A stretch of DNA of 59,756 nt from Gemmatimonadota bacterium. Lineage in GTDB: Bacteria > Gemmatimonadota > Gemmatimonadetes > Gemmatimonadales > GWC2-71-9. A model generated the notes under the pieces. That model saw only the letters and a program-made list of their open reading frames with translations, was not told where the DNA came from and did no database searches. A program made the position numbers and the translations under genes. The stretch lies in contig JBDHDE010000012.1 in assembly GCA_039591655.1 (NCBI GenBank), forward strand, positions 1 through 59,756, read 5' to 3'. Numbering within the stretch: position 1 is the stretch's first letter; the number at the start of each line of letters is the position of its first letter. Positions 1 to 9,926 of this stretch are shown here, one piece after another.

Positions 1-2262
1 GCGGCGCGACGGGCGCACCCAGGGCGGGTGGCGGGACTCTTCGCCCTTGCCGCCGTGGGCGTGCTGGCCGTGGTGTACCTGCTGGTGCTGCAGCTCGGGT
101 TGCCGACTTGGGTGTTCTACGGAGCGATCGTGCTGCTGGCCACCGGGCTGCCGATCATGCTGCTGACCGGCCGGCATGAGCGGAAGCGCGCTATTGCCCG
201 GGCCACCGGTGTAATGACTGCGACGCCGGCCACGGGGATGCAGCGGCACTTTACGTGGCGCAAGGCGCTCATTGGGAGCGGCGTAGCCTTCGGGGCCCTC
301 ACCGTGGTGGCCGGGTTCTACATGGCGATGCGCCTGTTGGGCATCGGGCCGGTGGGGACACTGGTCGCCGCCGGCGTGTTGGACGAGCAAGAGCGCATCG
401 TGCTGGCGCGGTTCGACAACACGTCGCCCGACACGACGCTCGCCGAGACGGTCACGGAGCTATTCCACATCGACCTGACCCAATCCCCCACCGTCACGGT
501 GATGGAGGCGTCCCAGGTGAGTGGAGTGCTGCGGCGCATGGAGCGGGATCCCGAAGCGCCCCTGACACCGGAGCTGGCCCTGGACGTGGCTGAGCGCGAG
601 GGCATCAAGGCGGTGATCACGGGAGAGATCCGGACCCTCGCGGGCGGATATGTGCTGTCCGCCCGGCTCACCGCCATGAGCACGGGCGACGTGCTGTGGG
701 CCGGTCGGGAGACCGCCGACGGCGCGAGTGAGGTGATCGCCGCGGTGGACCGGCTCTCGGCGAGCCTGCGCGAGAAGATCGGTGAGTCGCTGCGGACCAT
801 CCGCGGGGATCCACCCCTGGACCGAGTGACCACCCGATCCACCGTGGCGCTGAGGAAGTTGGTGGAGGGCGCGCGGGCCAATGACCTGGGCGACGTCGAC
901 CGGGCTATTGCGCTGCTGGAGGAAGCCGTGGCCGAGGACTCCGGCTTCGCCATGGCGTGGCGCAAGCTGGGGATCGTGCTGAACAATACGGGCCGCGATG
1001 ACGAGCGCAGAGACTCGGCTCTCGCGACGGCCATGCGTCTGGGAGACCGGCTGTCGGAGCGGGAGCGCTACCTAACCGAGGGGACCTACTACCAGCTGGT
1101 CGAGGACGACGACCAGGCGGCGATTGCTGCGTACCGCTCGGTGCTCGACAGGTATCCCAACGACCGGATTGCGCTGAACAACCTGGGCAACATCTACTCC
1201 AGCCTGGGGCGGCAAGAGGAAGCCCTGGAGCTGCGTATACGGTCAGTGGCGCTGGGACACGCGCCGGCCGTGACCTACCAGGGTGCCATTCTGTCCCTGT
1301 ACGGGCTGGGGCAGGCCGACTCGGCGGGGCGGGTCCTCGACCTGTACTCCGAGGAATACCCGGGCCAGCCGGTGATGCTCAGGTTCCGCGCTGAGTTCGC
1401 CAGTGCGCGCGGCGCGTACGATTCCGCGCGGGCCATTCTGGAGGAGATGCGCTCGTCCCAGCGTGGCAACCCCCAGTGGGAGATGCAGGCGGCGTTCGGG
1501 CTGTCGGACATCGCAGCGGTGCAGGGGAAGCTGACGGAGGGGTGGCGCCACCTGCGCGCAGCGCGGGATAACGCCGATGCTCTGGATCTGACCTGGACCC
1601 GCGAGCAGCCGCGTGAGTACTGGGAGGGTCAGGTTCGGGCGTGGGAGCTGCTGTGGTTCGACGACGATCCGGCGGCGGCGATCCGGGAGATGGATGCGGC
1701 CCTGGCGCGCTATCCGCTGGACTCTCTTGCCCCGGAGGACCGCCAGTACTTCAACTTCGTGAACTTCTACGCCCGGGCCGGCCGGCCGGAGCGCGCCCGG
1801 GAGTTCCTGGCTGCCTTCGAGACGGACGTCGATGCCGAGACCAGGGAGGACCGAGTCGAGGGCTGGCACTTTGCCCGCGGGTCCGTGGCCCAGGCGGAGG
1901 GGCGCTACCAGGATGCCATCGTAGAGTACCGCCAGTTCCGCGAGGGTCTCCCCGGGTGCGTCATGTGCGGCCTGTTCACGCTGGCCCGGGCATTCGATCG
2001 TGCCGGCGAAGCCGACTCGGCCCAGGCATACTACGAGCGCTACCTCGACGCGCCACAACTGTTCCGAGCCGGGAACGACAACAACAACCTCTGGCTGACC
2101 CTGCGGCGCTTGGGTGAGCTGCATGAGGAGCGGGGCGAGCGCGAGCAGGCGATGGCGTACTACAATCGGTTCGTGGAGCTGTGGGGCGACGCGGACCCCA
2201 AGCTCCAGCCATACGTGGAGGACGTGAGAGGCCGCATTGCGCGGTTGGTGGGTGAAGGATAG
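1..2262 (+). CDS. Membrane-anchored TolB-N/FlgO-like + TPR repeat protein, 5'-truncated by the window (probably the C-terminal part of a Ser/Thr kinase-TPR receptor-like protein)
   Basis: Frame 1 is open from base 1. Three hydrophobic segments, then a TolB-N-like segment (IVLARFDN...AEREGIKAVITGEI), many TPR-like helices (ALNNLGNIYSSLGR, LRRLGELHEERGE) and the C-terminal Y-x-RF-x-ELW-x-x-ADP motif typical of this class. No kinase domain is visible in the window. Confidence 0.75.
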   Translation, partial: AARRAHPGRVAGLFALAAVGVLAVVYLLVLQLGLPTWVFYGAIVLLATGLPIMLLTGRHERKRAIARATGVMTATPATGMQRHFTWRKALIGSGVAFGALTVVAGFYMAMRLLGIGPVGTLVAAGVLDEQERIVLARFDNTSPDTTLAETVTELFHIDLTQSPTVTVMEASQVSGVLRRMERDPEAPLTPELALDVAEREGIKAVITGEIRTLAGGYVLSARLTAMSTGDVLWAGRETADGASEVIAAVDRLSASLREKIGESLRTIRGDPPLDRVTTRSTVALRKLVEGARANDLGDVDRAIALLEEAVAEDSGFAMAWRKLGIVLNNTGRDDERRDSALATAMRLGDRLSERERYLTEGTYYQLVEDDDQAAIAAYRSVLDRYPNDRIALNNLGNIYSSLGRQEEALELRIRSVALGHAPAVTYQGAILSLYGLGQADSAGRVLDLYSEEYPGQPVMLRFRAEFASARGAYDSARAILEEMRSSQRGNPQWEMQAAFGLSDIAAVQGKLTEGWRHLRAARDNADALDLTWTREQPREYWEGQVRAWELLWFDDDPAAAIREMDAALARYPLDSLAPEDRQYFNFVNFYARAGRPERAREFLAAFETDVDAETREDRVEGWHFARGSVAQAEGRYQDAIVEYRQFREGLPGCVMCGLFTLARAFDRAGEADSAQAYYERYLDAPQLFRAGNDNNNLWLTLRRLGELHEERGEREQAMAYYNRFVELWGDADPKLQPYVEDVRGRIARLVGEG

Positions 2263-2415
2263 GGTGACCGGCCAGCTGCGGCCTCCTGGCCGGTCCCGGT
2301 CTCGCCCAGGGGACACCCTCCTGTGAGTAACCTGCCGGACCGTCTGAGCAACGGCCGCTCCGCCCACGACCAGCCACAGCAGGCCCAGGAGAAACAGCGG
2401 GAAGCGTGATTCCAC

Positions 2416-3254
2416 GCCCCGCTCCATCTGCTGCATCATTCCGCCCATCATGTCCTGGATGGTCATCTTGCGGTAGCCGGAGGGAGGTTGGAACATCGCG
2501 TCGTCGACGCTCCCGGGCTCGACTGCGAGAACCTCCTCGACCTCGTAGTCCTCTTCCCACGAGAGAGTCTGCATGAGCATCGGGAATCCGTGCTCGGAGA
2601 ACAGCTTGTCGGCGTTCAGCTCTTCCTCGCCCTCCTCATCCCACATGCTCGCCTGCTCCGCCATGAACACCGGAAGGACTCGAGCAGGTCTCCGTGTTCC
2701 TTGGTTAGCCAGCCGACGACCCGCTTGTCGTCGGTCTGGATCTCGTAGGCGGCGCACTCCACGCCGTTGACGACCTTGGTGATACCCAGTGGCCGGGGCG
2801 TTGCAGCGGGGGCGGGTGCTTCCCCCTCGCCGTACGGTGTGGCGCCTGCCATCGCCCTCATCTGCTGCATCTCTTCCACTGTCCACTCGACGTAGACGCG
2901 TTCGGCGGGCTGCACCATGCGGAACAGACCGGAGGCCATGTCCATGATGGCGTATCCGCCTGCCATCTCCTCTTCGGGCATCTCCATGCGCACCAGGGAA
3001 CCCTTCACATACATGGTCGCTTCTTGGACGGTGATGTCCTCGGGGTATTCCGCGCGGGCGGCGATGACCTGCTCGATCGGGACGTCGAGAACCTCGCTCG
3101 GGTTGGTACCCGTTGCGTCCGCGATGGCGTACGCGTTGCCGTAGATCGAGCGCGTGATGATGGTGCCTTCGAATTGCTGGGCCACGGCCGCTGTGGGCCA
3201 CAGGACGGTCGCGAGAACAAGGGCCGGTACGAGTCTGGTCAGCCTCGGGCGCAT
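2416..3254 (-). pseudogene. Secreted DUF4412-like protein with a frameshift at ~2669 and no native stop codon
   Basis: Signal peptide (…TAAVA|QQFEG), GITKVVNGVECAAY motif. After LLESFR the protein-like sequence continues in another frame (VFMAEQ…GFPML…VDDAMFQPPSGYRKM). One extra G in CGG-(G)TG restores the frame. Confidence 0.65.
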
Positions 3255-3407
3255 CAGGCTTCCTCCGGGGAAGGGATCGGGTGACCGCGAAAGCTATCGA
3301 CCTATGGGGACCGGGCAAGTCCCGATCCGCTCCGACTAATCACCTTTTCTTGGCGTCAGGCGAGACCACTCAATCGGGGCGGCCCGCGCCTGCGCGCGAG
3401 TCACGAC

Positions 3408-3436
3408 GCAACCATTTGTGCGGCTGGCCCGTCTAA
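3408..3436 (+). promoter_or_regulatory. Putative ECF-sigma promoter
   Basis: GCAAC-N17-CGTCTAA matches the AAC…CGT ECF consensus, about 55 bp upstream of the DUF4097 gene. Confidence 0.5.
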
Positions 3437-3489
3437 CAAGCTGATAAACCCACGTGGAGTCCGTCATGTTGCAGCGTGAGACTACCCTG

Positions 3490-4278
3490 ATGAAGAGTGC
3501 GGTCCTGGCGCTGGTCCTGGGCGCCGTCCTGGTACCGGGCGCCGCCGCGCAACAGGTCGTGCAGGACGACCAGTGGTGCGACCGCAGTGATCGCGACCGC
3601 GGGTGGCACTGCGAGGTGCGGGAGTTCACCCTCTCGGCCCGCGATGCGGTCAACGTCGATGCCAGCCCCAACGGGGGCATCAAGGTGGAGGGTTGGGACC
3701 GCAACGAGATCCTGGTGCGTGCTAAGCTCGTGGCACGTGCCGACACCGACGGCGAGGCCCGGGAGATGGTCTCTCAGATCGACCTGGATATGGATGGCAC
3801 GATCGAGGCCGACGGGCCGCGGCCCGGCCGGCATGAGTCGTGGTCGGTGAGCTACCGCGTGTTCGTCCCGCGGCGGTCGGATCTTTCCCTCAGCTCCACC
3901 AACGGTGGGATTGGAATCGCCGACGTGACGGGCGACATCCGATTCCGGACCACGAACGGCGGCGTCCATCTGGAGGCGGTATCGGGCGACGTGCGGGGCC
4001 ACACCACCAACGGCGGCTTGGACATCAAGCTGACCGGCTCCGAGTGGCAGGGGAACCAAATGGACGTTCGCACGACCAACGGCGGTGTACGGCTGGCGAT
4101 CCCCGCCGGCTACAACGCCCGCCTCGAGACCGGAACCACCAATGGCGGTTTGCAGTTCGACTTCCCCGTGACCGTGCAGGGGCGCCTGGACCGGCATCTC
4201 ACGGTGGATCTCGGCGCCGGCGGAAAGCTGATCCGCGCCAGGACCACCAACGGCGGTGTGGTGGTGCGGAGGCGGTAG
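3490..4278 (+). CDS. Exported DUF4097 beta-strand-repeat (putative adhesin) protein
   Basis: Signal peptide ending AAA|Q. The T-T-N-G-G-[IVL] motif repeats about 7 times at roughly 20-aa spacing. Confidence 0.85.
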   Translation: MKSAVLALVLGAVLVPGAAAQQVVQDDQWCDRSDRDRGWHCEVREFTLSARDAVNVDASPNGGIKVEGWDRNEILVRAKLVARADTDGEAREMVSQIDLDMDGTIEADGPRPGRHESWSVSYRVFVPRRSDLSLSSTNGGIGIADVTGDIRFRTTNGGVHLEAVSGDVRGHTTNGGLDIKLTGSEWQGNQMDVRTTNGGVRLAIPAGYNARLETGTTNGGLQFDFPVTVQGRLDRHLTVDLGAGGKLIRARTTNGGVVVRRR

Positions 4279-4281
4279 GGC

Positions 4282-7200
4282 CTAGAACCCGGGCACGAAC
4301 GTGAACTGGAGGTGGCCGCCCCTCACACGGTTGAAGGGGTAGACGTAGTGCACCCCCATGATCATGAAGCCGAAGAAGTTCATCCGGAGACCGCCGCCAG
4401 CGGCAAACGCGGGCCGGCTCTGCCCGCCCGTCACCCAGAACGGCCGGTCGTCGAAGCTGGGGGTGAGTAGGGTCTGATCCTCCCCGTACCACGCCATGCC
4501 GGCGTCCCCGAATATGTAGGCCTCGATGGGGAGGTACCCGAACAGCCCACTGCCGAGGCCCAGGACCCCCAGCGGCGGGAACCGGATCTCCACGTTTGCC
4601 AGCAGCATCTTAGAGCCGAACATGTTGTCGTACGTCGGGCATACGACCAGGCCATCCGCGTTCACTCCGCACTCCTGTGAGAAGTTGAACGACCCGTAGT
4701 CATAGCCGCGCACCAGTCCGTCGTAGCCGATGTAGTAAGGCTGCAGCGCCAGGTCGTCGGAGTCGGGGCCGTAGCGCCCCGAGTGCAGCAGGCGGAAGGC
4801 GATGGTCCAGGGGCGTGCCGGCATGAAGTACTTGCGGATGTCCACGAGGGCCGAGCCGTAGTCCAGCGTCCCGATGGACCCCGCCGCCTCGATGCGGTAG
4901 CGCAGTCCGAGCATCGGGCTCGTGATGCCGAACAGCGAGTTGTCGTAGACCAGGGCGAGGCTCGCGTTGCCGAGGTTCAGGGTGCGGTACTGCTCGGGGA
5001 GCTCGGCATCCTGCTCGAACTCGTCGACCAGGAACCCCTCGGGGGTGAAGATGCGGAACTGCTCCTCCGCGTCGTAGGTGACGTTGAGATAGCGGGCGTT
5101 GGCCTCGACGCGCTGCGCGCGGTTCAGAGGATAGGCCACCACCCCCGACAGCTGCCGCTGCGTCTGCCGCAGGAGAAACGTCCGCTCCACGAGGGTTCCA
5201 CCTATTCCATCGGCGAAGGACACCTGGCCCGTGAGAAAGGGCGCCTGCTGGAGCGTCACCCCCCAATTGAGACGCCTCGTGAGGTTGGTGTAGCCGACGA
5301 GGGCCCCGATGTCCTTGAGACTGCCCCGGATCTCCAGCGCCGTCGCCAGGTTGTGGCCGCCTAGCATGTCGCTCCAGAAGAGCGACGCTCCGCCTGCGAT
5401 GTACGTCCCGAATCGGTCGGCGCCCACGGCGAGGGACGGCTGCCCGATGTAGTCGAGGGCGAACCGCGGCTTGTAGTCGGCGAAGTCGAAGCTCGCCTGG
5501 TCCCGGGGCAGGCCGTAGAAGGCATTGCTGATCAAGCTCGCGACGTCGTCCGTCAGGCGCTCGGCCGGCGGCAGGATGCCCGGGTCGATGGCGAACGGCG
5601 GCAGCACGGGGCCGCCCGCCAGGACATCGGGCTGATCGAGCAGGTAGATGGCGTTGACGTCTTCTTCGTACACGCTGACGGCGACCTCGCCGGTGAGGGC
5701 CGCCACCGACATCGTGGGGCTCAGAGCCGTGATGCCGCTCACGCCGGTGTACAGGTTGGTCAGCTGGTACAGCTCGCCGGTCGCCAGCTCCAGCCGGTAG
5801 ACGTTGGAGATTCCGTTCTGGTCGGAGACGAAGTACAAGCTCTGGCCGTCCGGGCTCCACTGCGGGTTGATGTTCTTGCCCTCGCCAAAGCCCTGCACCG
5901 GACGAATGCCGGCGGTATTCGGGTCGAGCAACGCCAGTCGGTAGTTCCCATACAGCAGGCTCGACAGGCCCGTGGAGAACCGGTCGGTCACGAAGGCGAT
6001 CTGGCTGCCGTCGGGCGACCACGCCGGCTGTAGATCGGCATAGGCGTCGTTGGTCAAGCGCTTGAGCACGTCCTCCTGGAGATCGTATACGAAGAGATCC
6101 AGGAGGCCGCCCGCGAGCCCGGAGAACGCAATGTACCGGCCGTCCGGCGACCAGGATGGCGTGTAAACCTCGTTCAGGTCCGGGAACTTGATCTCCCGCT
6201 CTTTCCGGTTCCGCTCGATGTCGATGATCGTGAGGACCGGACGTCCTTTGGCGATGGCCCCGAAGGCGAAGCGTCTGCCCTCGTAATCCCAGGCACCCGC
6301 CGAGTTGATGAACTGGAGGCTCTCGAAGTGGGGGTCCACGTCGGTCCTGGTGAGCTTCCCGATGACCTCGCCGGTCCAGGCGTCGGCCACGAACATGTCG
6401 ATGGAGAACAGGTCTCGCTCCGACAGGAAGACGATCTTGCTGCCGTCGGGCGAGATGCTCGGTGCGATGTTCACTCGGCCGCCGGAGGAGAGCGGCGTAA
6501 TGAGTGGACGTCCGTAGTCCGCTGCCCGTCCCGTCACATCCAGCAGCGGCTCGTAGTGGGATCGGAGCGCCCGATGCCAACCGACGACCACCGAGTCTCC
6601 CGGCATGCGCAGCACCCGGGCGAACGCGATCTGGGGTCCTCCGGCGGCCCGGGACGCCTTCAGAAGGCGTCCGACGATGTCGTCTCCCCACCGCCCGGCG
6701 ATGTAGGCCCACAGCGACTGCCCGTAGCGGTACGGGAAGAAGCGTGGATCACCGAGCTTCTCGATCGTCGGAAGCTGGATGCGGACGGCGTCCCGCATCC
6801 ACATCGCGGTGTTGGCGTCCCGGTGGCCCACCGAAAGGTATTCCGCCATTCCCTCCACGAACCACAGTGGGTAGCGCATTACGGTGGGCACGCCGGACCG
6901 GGCGATACCGCCGCCCTCCCCGGTGATGTCGAACTGGAAGGCGTGCACCAGCTCGTGCCCCAGCACGTGGTCCGTCTCGGGTAGCGGCCCCGAGAACGGC
7001 AGCACGATGCGGCGCTTCAGGATCTCGGTTACCCCGCCGGTGCTCTCGCCGATGTCGCCCTGCAGCGTGTTGGTCTGACGGAAGTGGGGCCCGGAGGCGT
7101 ACAAGATCAGGGCTTGGCGGCCCGAGAGGTCGTGGTTCAGGAGCCGCGAGAGGCGTGCATACCACCGCTCGGCCATGAGGGCCGCGAACTCCACGGCGAC

Positions 7201-7383
7201 CTGCTCCTCGGGGTAGTAGTAGATGTCGAAGTGCTCTGTCTTCAGCACCTCGAAATCGAGCCGCTCGTATTGGACCTTGTTCTGACCGAAGTACTGCGCC
7301 TCGGCGACGCGACCGGGGACCAGTAGTCCTGATCCCACGAGGGCGACGCTCGCCGAGACGAGCAGGAGACGCTTCAGGCGCAT
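4282..7383 (-). CDS. Omp85/BamA-family outer-membrane protein with N-terminal Zn-metallopeptidase-like domain and TolB/PD40 beta-propeller
   Basis: Signal peptide (AEA|Q), HELVH plus downstream WFVEGMAEY, repeated P[SA]WSPDG motifs, Omp85 VRGY motif, C-terminal Phe. Start placed at ATG 7383. Confidence 0.8.
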   Translation of the reverse strand: MRLKRLLLVSASVALVGSGLLVPGRVAEAQYFGQNKVQYERLDFEVLKTEHFDIYYYPEEQVAVEFAALMAERWYARLSRLLNHDLSGRQALILYASGPHFRQTNTLQGDIGESTGGVTEILKRRIVLPFSGPLPETDHVLGHELVHAFQFDITGEGGGIARSGVPTVMRYPLWFVEGMAEYLSVGHRDANTAMWMRDAVRIQLPTIEKLGDPRFFPYRYGQSLWAYIAGRWGDDIVGRLLKASRAAGGPQIAFARVLRMPGDSVVVGWHRALRSHYEPLLDVTGRAADYGRPLITPLSSGGRVNIAPSISPDGSKIVFLSERDLFSIDMFVADAWTGEVIGKLTRTDVDPHFESLQFINSAGAWDYEGRRFAFGAIAKGRPVLTIIDIERNRKEREIKFPDLNEVYTPSWSPDGRYIAFSGLAGGLLDLFVYDLQEDVLKRLTNDAYADLQPAWSPDGSQIAFVTDRFSTGLSSLLYGNYRLALLDPNTAGIRPVQGFGEGKNINPQWSPDGQSLYFVSDQNGISNVYRLELATGELYQLTNLYTGVSGITALSPTMSVAALTGEVAVSVYEEDVNAIYLLDQPDVLAGGPVLPPFAIDPGILPPAERLTDDVASLISNAFYGLPRDQASFDFADYKPRFALDYIGQPSLAVGADRFGTYIAGGASLFWSDMLGGHNLATALEIRGSLKDIGALVGYTNLTRRLNWGVTLQQAPFLTGQVSFADGIGGTLVERTFLLRQTQRQLSGVVAYPLNRAQRVEANARYLNVTYDAEEQFRIFTPEGFLVDEFEQDAELPEQYRTLNLGNASLALVYDNSLFGITSPMLGLRYRIEAAGSIGTLDYGSALVDIRKYFMPARPWTIAFRLLHSGRYGPDSDDLALQPYYIGYDGLVRGYDYGSFNFSQECGVNADGLVVCPTYDNMFGSKMLLANVEIRFPPLGVLGLGSGLFGYLPIEAYIFGDAGMAWYGEDQTLLTPSFDDRPFWVTGGQSRPAFAAGGGLRMNFFGFMIMGVHYVYPFNRVRGGHLQFTFVPGF

Positions 7384-7724
7384 CGGGCCCCCCGACCTGG
7401 TTACCGCTAGCATACTAAGACAGTGAAGGGTACCAAAAGTTCCGGGCCCGCGTGAGTCCCAACAGTGGCCCCGTCCTGCAAGGAGGACTCGATGTGCCCC
7501 CCGGTTGTTAAGCCGCCGCGGCTCGGCGCCGTCGCCGTCGAGCCGGAGCAGCTCCTCGGGCACTGCGGTGCGCGGGACCCTGGGACCACGCTACGCCATC
7601 GAGCGCCTCCCCGCGGCGCGCAGCGGCCGACGGGAAGGGCGGCACGCAGAAGGCGCCCGCGCCGGTCGATGTAACCTATTGTCTGATAATGGGATAGGTG
7701 TAGTCTGTGAGGCGCCCCTGGGGA

Positions 7725-7767
7725 GGGCCGGCCGGGGCCGCGGGTCTCCCCGGGTCCCGGCCGGCCC
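7725..7767. terminator. GC-rich hairpin downstream of ptrB
   Basis: GGGCCGGCCGGG / CCCGGCCGGCCC 12-bp perfect arms with no clear U-tract. Confidence 0.45.
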
Positions 7768-7796
7768 GATACCGGCGGTGATCGGTGCTCGCCCTC

Positions 7797-9926
7797 CTAG
7801 TGGGCGATTCCCTCCAGGTCCAGCAGGAATGCGTAGATGAAGGCGGACTCCCGCATGCGGCGGAAGCGCCCCGACGCGCCGCCGTGGCCCGCCTCCATGT
7901 TCGTCTTGAGCACCAGCCGGTTGTCGTCAGTCTTCATCGCCCGCAGCCTCGCCACCCACTTGGCCGGCTCCCAGTACTGCACCTGGGAGTCGTGCAGCCC
8001 CGTGGTGACTAGCAGGTTCGGATAGTCCTTCGCCTCCACTTGGTCGTACGGCGAGTAGGAGAGCATGTAGTCGTAGTACTCCCGCTCGTTGGGGTTGCCC
8101 CACTCGTCGTACTCCGAGGTGGTGAGCGGGATGCTCTCGTCCAGCATTGTGGTTACCACGTCCACCCATGGCACCCGGGCGACCACCCCATTGAACAGCT
8201 CGGGGCGCATGTTCGTTATGGCGCCCATGAGGAGGCCGCCGGCGCTGCCACCCTGGGCGTAGAGGTGCTCCGGTGACGTGAAGCCCTCGGCCGCCAGGTG
8301 CTCGGCGCAGGCGATGAAATCGGTGAAGGTGTTCTTCTTGTTGAGCAGTTTGCCGTCCTCGTACCACCACCGTCCCAGCTCCTGCCCGCCCCGCACATGG
8401 GCGATGGCGAACACGAAGCCGCGGTCCAACAGGCTCAGCCGCGACGAGTTGAACGTCGCGCTCATGCTGGAGCCGTAGGAGCCGTAGCCGTAGAGCAACA
8501 GTGGGTTGGTGCCGTCGCGTTCGAGGCCCTTGCGGTAGACCAGCGATATGGGGACACGTACCCCGTCCTCGGCCGTGGCCCAGAGCCGCTCGGTCACGTA
8601 GTCGGCCGGATCGAACCCTCCCAGCACCTCGGTGCGCTTCAGCAGCTCGCGCCCCCGCGAGTCCATCTGGTAGTCGTACACCGAGAACGGCGTCGTCATG
8701 GACATGTAGTTGTAGCGCAGGACCTTGGTGTCGAAGTTGGGGTTGGTCCCGATCACTGCCCAGTAGGTCGGCTCGCCGAAGTCCAGGTAGTGCTCGCCAT
8801 CGGCCTCCCAGGGCATGATCCGCAGCTGGGGAAGGCCGTCCTTGCGCTCCGAGAGCACCAGATAGTCGGCGAAGATCTCGAACCTGCCGAGCAGCACGTC
8901 GTCGCGGTGGGGAATGATCTGCTCCCATGCCTCGCGCCGCGTGTCCGTCACGGGGGTGCGCATCAGCCGGAAGTTCTCAGCGTCGTCGTTGGTGCGGATG
9001 TAGAAGTGTTCCTTGTAGTGGTCGATGCTGTGCTCATGCTCACGCTGCCGATCGAGGAACACCTGGAACTCGCCGGCGGGATCGGTGGCATCGAGGTAGC
9101 GGTACTCGTCGCTCAGCGTCTGGGACGAGGCGATGATGACGTAGGCCTTCGACTTCGTGCGGAACACATAGCTGGAGAACTCCTCGTCGGTCTCCTCGTA
9201 CACAAGCACGTCCTCCGACACATCCGTCCCCAAGGAATGTCGGTAGATCTGAAACCAGCGCAGTGTCTCGGGGTCCTGTTTGGTGTAGAACAGCGTCTTG
9301 TTGTCGTTGGCCCAGGCGACATTCCCCGTCACGTCGGGGATCACGTCGTCGAGGACCTCGCCCGTGGTCAGGTCCTTGAAGTGGATCGTGTAGAACCGCC
9401 GCCCGACGGTGTCGGCGGCGAACGCCACCATGTTCTGGTCGTAGCTCACGCCGCGGGGGCCGCCGGCGAAGAACTCGTGCCCCTCGGCCAACGCGTTGAT
9501 GTCGAGCATGGTCTCCTCGGGCGCGTCCATCGACTCCCGGCGGCGGGCGTAGATGGGATACTCCTTCCCCTCTTCCCACTTCGTGTAGTACCAGTAGTCG
9601 TCGAGCTTGTAGGGGACCGACTCATCGGTCTCCTTGATCCGGCCCCGGATCTCCTCGAAGAGCGCCTCCTGGAACGCCTCCGTATGTCCCATGACGGCTT
9701 CCGTGTACGCGTTCTCCGCCTCGAGGTAGGCGATGACCTCGGGATTCTCCCGCTCGCGCAGCCAGAAGTAATCGTCGACCCGCACGTGGCCGTGGGTGAC
9801 GAGCTCCTGTGGCACCACCTTGGCGACGGGTGGGTCGGGCTCCTGTTGTGCCTGTGCCGCGAGCGCGGCAGGGATTGAAGCGATGATCATACCTGTAACC
9901 AGCAGAATCCTCCCAGTGAGCCGCAT
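7797..9926 (-). CDS. ptrB: Oligopeptidase B (protease II, S9A), exported
   Basis: HGHVRVDDYFWLR N-terminus, YGSYG, GGSAGG nucleophile, HDSQVQYWEPAKW, AGHGG; N-terminal signal peptide. Confidence 0.93.
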   Translation of the reverse strand: MRLTGRILLVTGMIIASIPAALAAQAQQEPDPPVAKVVPQELVTHGHVRVDDYFWLRERENPEVIAYLEAENAYTEAVMGHTEAFQEALFEEIRGRIKETDESVPYKLDDYWYYTKWEEGKEYPIYARRRESMDAPEETMLDINALAEGHEFFAGGPRGVSYDQNMVAFAADTVGRRFYTIHFKDLTTGEVLDDVIPDVTGNVAWANDNKTLFYTKQDPETLRWFQIYRHSLGTDVSEDVLVYEETDEEFSSYVFRTKSKAYVIIASSQTLSDEYRYLDATDPAGEFQVFLDRQREHEHSIDHYKEHFYIRTNDDAENFRLMRTPVTDTRREAWEQIIPHRDDVLLGRFEIFADYLVLSERKDGLPQLRIMPWEADGEHYLDFGEPTYWAVIGTNPNFDTKVLRYNYMSMTTPFSVYDYQMDSRGRELLKRTEVLGGFDPADYVTERLWATAEDGVRVPISLVYRKGLERDGTNPLLLYGYGSYGSSMSATFNSSRLSLLDRGFVFAIAHVRGGQELGRWWYEDGKLLNKKNTFTDFIACAEHLAAEGFTSPEHLYAQGGSAGGLLMGAITNMRPELFNGVVARVPWVDVVTTMLDESIPLTTSEYDEWGNPNEREYYDYMLSYSPYDQVEAKDYPNLLVTTGLHDSQVQYWEPAKWVARLRAMKTDDNRLVLKTNMEAGHGGASGRFRRMRESAFIYAFLLDLEGIAH

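Noticed and set aside
1243..3318. 691-aa minus-strand ORF as a single gene
   Set aside because: Only about 2320-2669 looks protein-like (DUF4412 C-terminus plus stub). The rest is off-frame or antisense to the TPR gene.
3660..4260. Repeated ACCAACGGCGG-like sequences as a CRISPR or DNA repeat array
   Set aside because: In-frame coding repeats (TTNGG) with synonymous variation inside the DUF4097 gene.
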